DNA of 63,708 nt, counting the filler, from Craspedostauros australis (taxonomy: Eukaryota): the NCBI GenBank assembly GCA_030167865.1. It is 12 parts of 12 records of this genome, joined end to end, with 100 filler letters (N's around TTAATTAATTAA, not from the genome) between each part and the next. Parts side by side here need not be neighbours in the genome. Positions count along the whole stretch, not along the records: positions 1 to 26,863 come from JALAGF010002146.1; positions 26,964 to 32,751 come from JALAGF010002153.1; positions 32,852 to 38,179 come from JALAGF010002155.1; 9 more parts are not named here. One strand, given 5' to 3'. The notes below the pieces were generated by a model. The model was not told where the DNA came from. It saw only the letters and a list, made by a program, of their open reading frames with translations, and did not search any database. Positions 24,694 to 35,110 of the stretch are shown here, one piece after another (position 1 is the first letter of the stretch; every line of letters starts with the position of its first letter). The position numbers and the translations under genes are program-made.

Positions 24694-26863
24694 TTCTTCC
24701 AAACGGATCTTTCTGCACCGCCCACGCACAATGAATGAATGAAGGTGACGCCGCTGTTCTATTCTGCTCTATTCTATTGTATGGACTCCACCTACACAAT
24801 CACAATCGCAAGGACACAGACACGCTGCTCTTCATTATCATTCCTTTCCCATTGTGGTTGTTGTCATCTTGCGTCGTCTTGTTCTCACACACACAGAACA
24901 ACATGTTTGTGTGCGCATTCGTTGGCGATTGGCCATTTCTGTCGTTCGTCTTTTCTTCTCGTTTTCGTTGGTCTCGCGAGTCTTGCCGTCGACCGGAAGG
25001 TACCACAAATTGAAGTACCATTGTGTTTCATGATAGTACAATTAAGGTGGTACTATTATAGTTGAAGTGTTCTCTTCGAATGATCGTGGTGTCACAAACA
25101 GCTGACACCCGCCATCTGATTCTGATGCAACGATCAGAACCTGCGAATCGAAGGCGCAAGGCAAGACTGAAGACGGTGCAGGGTTATTTATGGCGTCACG
25201 AACGAACATGTGTACAGATGCGCAAGTGCAAAGGCGAACCTGGTGTACCACATGTTGAGTGACGATAGTCAGCTGAATCTTCCCACTTTTTACGGGGATG
25301 CGCAATGAGCGCAAGTACAAGTGCCACACCCACGGCAGCCAATTAACGACGGAAGTCAGACGCGGAGTTCCCTTTTTTCGCGCATCTTCCCGTTTGGTTG
25401 ATCGGAATCTTGGCCGTACCGCGTGGAAACAGCGAGGATACGCGTTCGATCGTTCTTTGCGGAGAACGGAAGCTGTCGTGATAAGAGCATTTTGGAGCGT
25501 CAACGAACAAGGAACGGAAGTGACGGGTTTTGGCGCACGGCGTGAAGGCGTCTTGCTTGCGCCGAACACGGTCCTGGGAGAATTGTGGCATCAGGCCTCC
25601 ACGGAGAACTGAAGAGAAAGTCAGCGCAAAACGTCAAGGATCTGTGATGACAGAGAGAGAGAGACCTCGCCAAGGCGAAACAAGAAGAAGAGGGACGCGG
25701 CTACTCTGCTCGTAGCTGTGTGCCCCATGTTTGGTGGTATGAGTTGTTCGTGGCAAGGCACGACAGCACCAAGAGGTTGCGACAAAAGAGAAGCAGTCAT
25801 GTCATCACGAGCTCGACCTGATGTGCCGACCAAGGCGCGCGCTCCGCGCACGAGGGGGGTTGAGCAACCGCCGTATCACATCGCATCTCATCGCGTCCCG
25901 CTCTGACACGAACTGCATGGGCCCCGCTTCGACCGTCCGTTCTGCGAACAAAAGCACAGCTTCGTGCGAGTACCACACAGACACACACTCACAAACACAT
26001 GCCTGCAGACACACAGATCATACCCACTAGCACAAACACATCCTCGTATTCAACTGCAAAGAGGAAGACGGATTCAGGTAAAACTGCAAGTACAATCGCA
26101 ACTGGAAGTACTCTACCCGGACTTCACCGTACTCCACCGTACTCCATCATAGAAATACTCTGTTCTCCTCCACAAGTAATAGAATACTTGCTCGGGGGGC
26201 AGTGGAAAATCGTAAAAGGAGCTCTATCCAAAACCGATTCGTAATTTCTATCAGAATTATTCATCTTTGTTCATCTTTATACTCTAATTCATCGTNNTTT
26301 TGNCATTTTTCTGTTTCGGGATTGCTTTCTACAGCTTTTGTTTTGCTTTGTGTCTGACAGTCGCTGTCTGCGCCTTCCGTGTGGTTCTGGCCCTCGCAGG
26401 TTGGCAGACTCTGTCGTTGTCTTCGCCATTCTTCCAGAAGACTTTTGTGCCATCCGTCCGGCTGCGCTGGTTTGTGGTGGCGTTCATTTTTTGCCCATCT
26501 TTCCTGTCGGTTGGCTGGGTCTACGCCTTCAGGCAGACAAAATCAATGCCGTCGACTTGCAATCGGTCGCCGCATTTCGGGTTTGATGATGGCAAGCCAA
26601 ATCGATCTTCGCTTTNATCGCGTCCCATCGTCATCTCTCTCTTCTTCTGTGTATGTAGCACCCTTCTTCGTTCTTGCATTGCTGTGATGCTCGCCCATTT
26701 TGGTTCCCTTCATTCATCATCGTGCTCCTCTTCGGTTGCCTTTCATCCATTCACATCATCACCCCCTCAGCCTGTCGATTAGCAGTTCTGTGAGCCGTCT
26801 TCGTTCGTCTCTGTATCCTTCACAGGCATCATAGGTGCGATCTGGTTCCCACACATGCACCCC

Positions 26864-26963
26864 NNNNNNNNNNNNNNNNNNNNNNNNNNNNNNNNNNNNN
26901 NNNNNNNTTAATTAATTAANNNNNNNNNNNNNNNNNNNNNNNNNNNNNNNNNNNNNNNNNNNN
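26864..26963. other. Artificial contig spacer (N44-TTAATTAATTAA-N44); also at about 32752, 38180, 42013, 43696, 45581, 48736, 50889, 57429, 60770, 62043
   Basis: The same 100-nt N blocks each carry a six-frame-stop linker. Confidence 0.97.
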
Positions 26964-27268
26964 GTAGGAAAAAGCCGTAGAAATTTAACACGGAGGCTTT
27001 ATAATGGATCTGACAGATCCTTTATGGCTGGTCCATTAAGGGATAGTCGGATCTGCATCATCTCTATTAGTAGTAACATAGTGGAGCATTGAGTCTCCGT
27101 ACGTGCAATCATCGTGGTGTTGATGTTGACATTTCCAAGAGGAGACATCAATTTCGTGACAGTCGGAGAGTGAGTTTGTTGTTCACTCTCTGCCGATCAA
27201 TTTGGGGGAACAAGGTTCATCCAACGGTTTGACCCGATTGTCCGTTCAGGACAGGTCATGTCACGCCC
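26964..27268 (+). mobile_element. Probable 3' part of a Copia 5' LTR (ending ..CAGGACA at 27253) plus PBS-like GGTCATGTCACGCCC
   Basis: TATA-like TTTATAAT, a CA end, then GGTCATG resembling Copia GGTTATG-type PBS, directly upstream of the gag-like frame. Confidence 0.45.
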
Positions 27269-27857
27269 ATAAGTGGCGTGGGATGGCACGATCGCCCAAA
27301 CCCAAATTCAGCGGACACGCGACATCGTCTTAAGTAGAGCACGATTTGAGGGTGGGACCCCACCGACATCGAGTGACGCTTCAATCCCGCTCAAACATTC
27401 TGAGCAGTTGGACAGTTGACCAACTAGACTAAATCTTAACGTGACTAATGGGAATACTAGTTTGAGCTAGTACCCTAACCGAGCTGTCAGAACCATCCTT
27501 GCGGACCCAAAGGGCCCAAGCCTCTCCGCCATCCTTGATGGTGCGCCAGGCAACTCAACAGCTGGGCCATCGTCATTCTCCTTCACGGAGATCGGAGACA
27601 GCTTCGTCGAGGTCACCTTCCGACATCCCATCATCATAGATGCATGGGATGGGAAGGAAAGGACCTATGAAACCAAAATCGTGCGCCACGTCCACAAGAC
27701 CACCTGGGACGCATTCACGGAACTCAAGGAGGCATTCGGGATCAGCATCGAAACCGCCACGATCTTCGACCTCTTCCTACCCAAGGCCATTGCAGAAAAG
27801 AATACCATCTCCCAACTGGTGGGTATCATCCATGAAGGGACCACCGACATGACCCCA

Positions 27858-28652
27858 TGTCGAGATGTACATGTGAGTATACGTCAAGATGTACGTGTAT
27901 ATGTGCATCGTTCACCCACTATTCTCTCATACGCACTTGGACGGTATAACTACACTCGTGTAGATAGTATACTGTGATTCGTCAGAATTACAGCAGAAAT
28001 GGAACACACAAAAAGGGGCAAGATTTCTGGAGGAAATTTGCAAATAACGATTTCTGGGAGAATCAGAAGATCGTCCGTCCATGCATCAATGGTACCAAGA
28101 GAATCTCGAGGTACTTCCCAACTAAACCTCAGATGACAATATCATCTGACAGGCTACTGCATCACCAATGGAACGTGACATCTGGAGAGCAGAAGGACAA
28201 CTACTGACGTCGACAGGATGTCAACATGTCACCACGTTGACATCTGTCTCCAAGTCAGAGCAGGAGGCAAAGATCAGATGACCCATGAAGATCATGGATA
28301 CTGAAGGTGAACTTCAAATGGTAAGTACTCATGGAGTAGAAGCCAGTACTGAATGAACGGAGTGTCGAATGCGGAGTACGCATCGAACACGGAGTATCGT
28401 GTAGCACGAGCACACGATGGTGAGAGAGAGAGAGAGAGAGAATACAGAGAGGAGCGAGAGAGGATCTCGCGTACCGACTCATAGTCGGAGACCGAATCTA
28501 CAAAACAGATTGAAGCGCCGAGAGCATCGGGCAAGAGAACGGGCGTACACCAAGAGGATCGGAGTAGCCAAGTAATGAAATAGCAAACAGACGACTAGCA
28601 ACCATCACCATCTTCCACGATCGTAGGTTACTGTGAGCGGAACTTGCCAACA
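27858..28652. mobile_element. Solo LTR family A, copy 1 (795 bp, TGTCGA...CCAACA), 6-bp TSD ACCCCA
   Basis: TG..CA termini; ACCCCA at 27852-27857 and 28653-28658; internal (GA)n; four further copies in the window. Confidence 0.85.
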
Positions 28653-29012
28653 ACCCCAGGGTCAATCATGGTCAACTTCGAGGACCCAGACGACGTTACA
28701 AGGAACTTTGAGATGGGACTCTTCATCTACCATATCGGTGAATGGGTCGAATCCATCGAAGCTGACAATGAATCCACCCTCGGACAAACCCTCGACAAGA
28801 TGTTCGCTGACGCAACAACCACCATCAAGACCATGAACGACTTTAACTATTTCAAGAGATGCGGCAAATGCGACCACAGCGCCACATGGTTGAATGCCAT
28901 CGTGGAACACAAGAAGTCACTCTCCAACACAACCGCGACCAGCATCTCCACTGGGTCAGAAGCATCTACCCACAGAACTGGACGCGACAACGACAGCAGC
29001 CCAAGAGGCACC

Positions 29013-29819
29013 TGTCAGGAATCGGGTGTTCTGAAACACCGAATTGCCGCACCTCCCAGGAGTAAGGAGTCGAATGTCATGATATGATACATTACCGCAA
29101 CTACCACCTTTGGATCTTTGTGACAGAAAAAATGTGAGCTGCATGTGTTTTGTGATGGAGAATGACACGTGCCGAATGCGAACCGTACTTTGGCGTTCGT
29201 GACCTCAATGCAGGAATGCGAATCACACGTGTATGTCGCAGGGGGCAAGGATGTTGGAATCGTGACCAACATCACGATACACGCGACTATGGCCCCCATG
29301 TCGCAACCAATGAAAAAAGAGTACTGGAGGAAGGCCAACGTCATGAAGTGTGAGATGGCCTGTGAACGGACCAGTGACGAGGAACCTCCAGGAAGCCGGT
29401 GAAGTGATCGGAGAAACGACAGGAGAAGCATCGGAGATGATCGGAGATGTGTGATGATGAGGAGCTGAGAGAGACCTCATCCATGGTGTTCCTGTGATGA
29501 ATGGGAGGCCGTGATCTGATCGAATGAACCGATCTGTGTGATGCCTGCGACTCGGCGATGTCTAAGGCAACGAAACAATCAGCAGAGGACAACGTGCTTG
29601 TGTGCACGGATATGGGGTACTCGATGGTGCATGCATGTCCATGATGAATTTGCGATGAATGCAAGATGGATGCATGCTAGGCCAACAGAGGGACCCATGG
29701 TGATCTCAGGAGGAGATCGAACTTTGAAGTTGAGAGCAATGAAGAGCTCAAAGTTCAGAGAAGTAGATTCTAACAAACGATTAGCTTTCTACTATCATCA
29801 CCACCCCGGATTTCCAACA
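29013..29819. mobile_element. Solo LTR family B (807 bp, TGTCAG...CCAACA), 6-bp TSD GGCACC
   Basis: GGCACC at 29007-29012 and 29820-29825; partial second copy at 38746-38882. Confidence 0.85.
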
Positions 29820-30941
29820 GGCACCCCTTCCAGGTTCTCCCTCATGATTGGCGGAAACACCCCAGACCGTACTCTGCCCAATTTCCAAATGAAACCCAAC
29901 TCTCCAGCATCGCCAAGCAGGGATCACCAAACATGTCCCCATCGGCCACCACCACTCGTGGTACCACCCCCACCAACGAAGGTACCGGCCAAGGCACTGA
30001 CAACAACCGATACCCCAGTAGCAACAACATTGCTGGAACAGCCGTCGACTGTGGACCAGAAGGAAGGAACAGACTGTTCCCCAACGTGGACCCAGAGATG
30101 ATTGGTAGATATGATTGCAACCCACCTGGCGCCAAGGCAGTAGCCTTTGCCCCCGAAGCAGCCACCAGAGGCCCAGGAGGTACCGACGTACCCTGGATGA
30201 ACTACCCGGAGGGTAATGGGAACCGACCATCATGCAATCGGAACCCGTAAAACTACCGCGGCACTGCGGACAACCCGACCCCGCGCGGCACAGGCAACTA
30301 CCGCGGCGACGGCGGACACGAACCTGTGAACCGAAATCCAACCGTCAACCCAGGCACGAACCATGGGACAGGCCACCCGCACCGAGAGCACTATGAACCA
30401 CCAGGTAACCAGGGATGTAACAGCGGCAATCCCTACAGGTACCCCCCTGACATGGGAAACCTCTTCCCTCTTGGCCCACTGCATCCGGTGTACCACAAAA
30501 CCCATCCAGGAGGATTTCCACCCATCGGAATCCCCGTCCCCATGGGCCATGTTCCCCATGGAATTGGAAGTTTCCCAGCACCCCAAGGAGCCTTAATCCC
30601 CGTCGGAAACCCAAATCCCGGGTACCTGCCAAGGCCACCCGCGCATGGATACAACCAAACCGGCCCCAATGGAGACCCCAGAGGACCCGACCCACACATC
30701 ACGGGCCCGAACACCCACCGCGGGCAACACGCAGCCGGGTACGCACCCCATCGAGGAGCCACCCACAATGAGCCACCAACTGCACAAGCCAAGCTGACAA
30801 AACGACGTCCTATCCCAGACTCTGTCAAGTTCACGAGCGATGCAGCATCCTTCCAGGTGGTGAAACACCAATTTTATGCCCACCTTCTTGGAAATGACAT
30901 GGCATACCTGACCAAGGACCAATTTTGGCACAGGTACCATT

Positions 30942-31742
30942 TGTTGGCAAGTTCCGCTCACGGAAGCCTACGATCGCGGAAGATGGTGTTGGTTGATAGT
31001 CGTTTGTTTACTATTTCATTACGTTGGCATTTCGATCCTCTCGGTGTACGCCCGTTCTCTTGCCCGATGCTCTCGGCGCTTCAAGTTGTTTCGTAGATTC
31101 AGTCTCCGACTATGAGTCGGTATGCGAGATGCTCTCTCGCTCTTCTCTGTATTCTCTCTCTCTCTGTCTCAGCATCATGTGCTTCATGCTATGTCATGCT
31201 CCGTGTTCGATGCGTACTCCACATTCGACACTCCGTTCATTCACTACTGGTTCCTACTCCATGAGTACTTGCCATTTGAAGTTCATCTCCCGTATCCATG
31301 ATCTCGATGCCCTTCAGTCATCAGATTTTCGCCTCCTGCTCTGACTTGGAGACAGATGTCGACGTGGTGACACGATGACATCCTGTCAACGTCAGTAGGC
31401 GTCCTTCTGCTCTNCAGATGTCACGTTCCATTGGTGATGCAGTNGTCTGTCAGATGATATCGTCATCTGAGGTTTAGTTGGGAAGTACCTCGAGATTCTC
31501 TTGGTACCATTGATGGATGGACAGACGATGTTCCTGATTCTCTCAGAAATTGTTGATTGCAAATTTCCTCCAGAAATCTTGCTCTTTTTCGTGTGTTCCA
31601 TTTCCGCTGTAATTCTGACGAATCACAGTATACTATCGACACGAATGTAGTTATACCGTCCAAGTGCGTATGAGAGAATAACGGGTGAACGATGCACATA
31701 TACACGTACATCTCGACATATACTCACATGTACATCTCGTCA
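30942..31742. mobile_element. LTR family A, copy 2 (inverted relative to copy 1), no TSD
   Basis: TGTTGGCAAGTTCCGC...TACATCTCGTCA; flanks ACCATT and TTTGTC do not match. Confidence 0.85.
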
Positions 31743-32751
31743 TTTGTCAAGGTGCATTGCACATCCTACGTTGACAAGATGCTGGAGAGATATCAGTGGC
31801 AAAACTTCAAGACCACTCAACGGCTGCCCATGAGGTCCAACAATTCATACGTTAAGAGTTTGGACAAGGCTGAACTACTGGGTGACGATGACAAACGCCA
31901 ACGAGTGGCGAGCCAATTCAAATTTGGTTATCGGCAAGCCATTGGCAAGTTGATTTGGGCCATGATATCGTGTCGGCCAGACATCTCGTTCCCCGTCGTC
32001 AAGCTCTTGCAGTTCTCCACCAACCCTGCTGCTCTACACTTCAAAGGGGTGAAGTACCTCATGCGGTATGTTGCTGGCACGCGTGACCATGGTGTGACAT
32101 ATTGGCACGTCCGACCGCTCGTGGGTCTACCCCAAGCACCACATCCTGTCGGGCTATCCCCTGCAGACGATGCCATTCATGATGTCACTGGCGTTCAGCA
32201 ACTCGATGCTTCCACTCTGTATGGGTACACTGATGCGGATTGGGGAGTCGACATTCGGCATCAACGATCGGCCACTAGCATCATCTACATGCTTGGAGGC
32301 GCCGCCGTTGCGTGGAAGACGCGGGTGCAACCCACTGTTTTGCTCAGCAGCACTGAGGCCGAATTCGTTGCTGCCAGCGATGCTGGCCGCATGGCCTTGT
32401 GGCTTCGGTCCATTCTCGATGAAGTTGGAGTGAAGCAACAGTATGCGACTATGATCTTCGAGGACAATCGCAGTGCTCGGCTGATGGCCAGCGCCAGCCA
32501 GCCTACCCGGAATTCGCGCCACATAGCGATCCGAGAGTTCGCGGTCCTCGATTGGGTGGAGAGAGATCTCCTGACATACCCAGAAGTCGCATCAGACTTG
32601 AATGCATCCGACATTTTGCACGAAACAGACACCTGTGGCTCTGTATTTTCGGCACATCGACCTCATTATGGGTCGACTTGTGCCCTTTTACGCACGCAGA
32701 CGCCACATCCCGGATATGTAGCTTTCCGCTGGCTTTGCCAGCGGGGGGGGG
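31743..32751 (+). pseudogene. Ty1/Copia RT C-terminus plus RNase H, followed by a polypurine tract
   Basis: YRQAIGKLIWAMISCRPDIS, LYGYTDADWG, AWKTRVQPTVLLSSTEAEFVA, IFEDNRSA, RHIAIREF, NASDIL; a +1 frameshift near 32619 before TKQ; G9 run at 32743-32751 next to the gap. Confidence 0.9.
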
Positions 32752-32851
32752 NNNNNNNNNNNNNNNNNNNNNNNNNNNNNNNNNNNNNNNNNNNNTTAAT
32801 TAATTAANNNNNNNNNNNNNNNNNNNNNNNNNNNNNNNNNNNNNNNNNNNN

Positions 32852-33126
32852 GTGGAAAAACCGAAGTCTGGACACCCACCCGTCAAAATCCCCGTGAATG
32901 CGAAACACGAACCAAGCACACAACGCGGAAAACTGCGAGAGGGGAAGGCTAGGGGCATCAAAATAAGTTATATCATATCTCTTGAACCACACCTTCTATG
33001 AAGCTCAAAGTCTCCAGGTATAGGTTTTAGAAGATTATGAAGACGTCTATGTGGTTTATATTGTGTTTAGAGACAACAAACCTCGAGCTCCTCACGAGGT
33101 CTCTCGATGGGGCATATGAGGTTTAT
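32852..33126 (+). repeat. 275-bp sequence duplicated at 48461-48735 (2 mismatches seen)
   Basis: Direct comparison; both copies abut contig ends. Confidence 0.9.
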
Positions 33127-35110
33127 CTGCAACGGGGTCATATATAGAAGGAATATATTCTTACAACTTATATGAGCCTGATCAGTGAGTCGACCAATTG
33201 TTTGAAATGGACATTCTAACTTTTCATCTGCGATATCCAAACCAAGCACATATTCGTATTCCTTATAATCTCATTATGAGCCCGATCAGTGAGTCGACCT
33301 GCACTTTGCAATCATCAGTACAACCTTTTTTCCTCGGATTTACAAACTAAGCCCATATTCGTAATCCTCGTAGATCTGAAACATATACTGATCCATTTTA
33401 GTTCTGAGGATGGTCGTATTTTAAGTTTTATGGACCGATGGATGTGCGCATTATTCGATCTCTTTCGGGTTTCAGCCTGTTGGCTACGACTACATCGATC
33501 CAATTTAACCCTTTGCTGTTTTTTGTTTCAGCGAGGTTGTTCCCATTTTGAATTGTTTAGTCTCTTTTTGAGGTGTGTTGATGAGACGATCCAACAGTCC
33601 GTCCACGATAACACTAGTTGTAGAGTTTTGGGAGAAGCGGTGGGTGCGCGTTTTCATTCATTCCATCATGGGCTTGTCCAATCCGTCATCGACGTCACCA
33701 AACTAGCGGCTGCGTCATGAACCACCAATCACAGCACGATGTGAAACATCGTCATCTGTGTTTCGTCGTTACAGGATGGTTGAGTGGGGTTGGTACTCTC
33801 GAAGTGTTTTGTGTCGTGCTTTCCTCGTGCATTTGGAACAATTATTGGTAACCGCCACAACCCCCAGTGTGTGCAACTGGTTGAGAGTGCCAAACACGAC
33901 ACAACGGCATGACAATGGTGTTGCGAAACAAAAAACCTCCACAATGGCCATCCAACGGCATCCACCGCGCCGCACCGAGCGGCGGGCCATTCCAAAATCC
34001 AAGCGCATCACTGTCTCCGTCATGCAACCCTTGGTGGGTGGGAGAGAGGTGGCTGCGATAGCGGTTGATTTGGGGCCGCGGCAGGCCCCTGCGCAAACAT
34101 CATGTTTTGACGCCAAATGGGCTCGTTGGATGTGGCATGTGTATTCCATACACAGCCCATACCAGCGCCCATGGAGGGGCAAGGCACATCCACAAGGGAA
34201 GGACCAAGGCTCCTACGAAGTTTGAGGCGCGGGGACGACCGGGAAGGTGTCCGCGCGGAGGCAAACGTGGAGGGCAAAAGTTTTGGCGGTGGATCGTGGG
34301 GATTCCCATCATGTGGCTTTGGCTGTGAGGGGCACCATCATCAAGCCACCCAATCACCAAGCCGCCCATACAAGATGTGTCAGAAATTGGCCGAATGTGG
34401 GCGTGGCGAAGTACGACCTGCTGAAGTTGTCTGGAAGAGGCCACGGCCAAGAATATGTGGCGAATGGTCGTTGTTGGCAGGTGCATGAAAATGCGCCATG
34501 ACATCACCATACAGAGGTGTGCCATCAGTGGCATGCATGCCCAGCCCATTCTGGATGTATCTGCGTGTCGCCATGGGGTGTGGGAATGCACAAGGGGCAT
34601 GAGGAGGGGATGGAAGGGTCGTATGGATGAGATATGGACCCTCATCCGCACCACATCCGGATTGCAAATGGGTTTTCGAAATTGCTCATTTTCAGTGCAG
34701 AGAAACTTTGGGGTGTGCAATGCAGGTATCTGGGGCAATGCTTCATGGATCGGATAGCTGGGGGGGGGTATGCGGAGCTAATGATATGCTCAGTTTGCCG
34801 AAATACAAGGATGATGATAATGATCATGTGTGCTCATTGGAGGGCAACATTGTGGCATCAACAATTTTTCGAATCGACCACACAAAACACAGCAAACCAA
34901 CATGACTTCCAAAATATTTTCAATACTCATTTAACTTCGATATTCTGATTAACCGATATCCAGGCGTCTGAATGCAATGTTTAGATTTAATTTTAAGCGA
35001 TGTGTTGTTGAGATATGGCATGATAAGCAGATATTGGATGTGCTTTTTGGATGGCCTCTAGACTCGTTTTAGTAGCATGGTCTGCCACCCACAAAACTCC
35101 ACAACTAGTG

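Larger units (their letters stand above)
27471..30941 (+). pseudogene. Copia gag-like ORF interrupted by two solo-LTR-like insertions and frameshifts
   Basis: The frame is restored across each insertion when the element and one TSD are removed (..GTTDMTP|GSIMVNF.. and ..SSPRGT|PSRFSLM..). P/G/N-rich segment, then KFTSDAASFQVVKHQFYAHLLGNDMAYLTKDQF resembling diatom Copia gag. Confidence 0.6.

Noticed and set aside
26100..26863. Possible DNA-transposon end and decayed minus-strand CDS
   Set aside because: Multiple stops, no identifiable motif and no partner terminus before the gap.
26908..26919. Recurrent TTAATTAATTAA motif as a biological repeat or piggyBac target
   Set aside because: It is always centred in 100-nt N blocks, so it is an artificial six-frame-stop contig linker.
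30926..30941. AATGGTACC after LTR-A on the minus strand as a tRNA-Met PBS
   Set aside because: The match to TGGTATCAGAGC stops after 5 nt and the sequence is the antisense of the gag frame.
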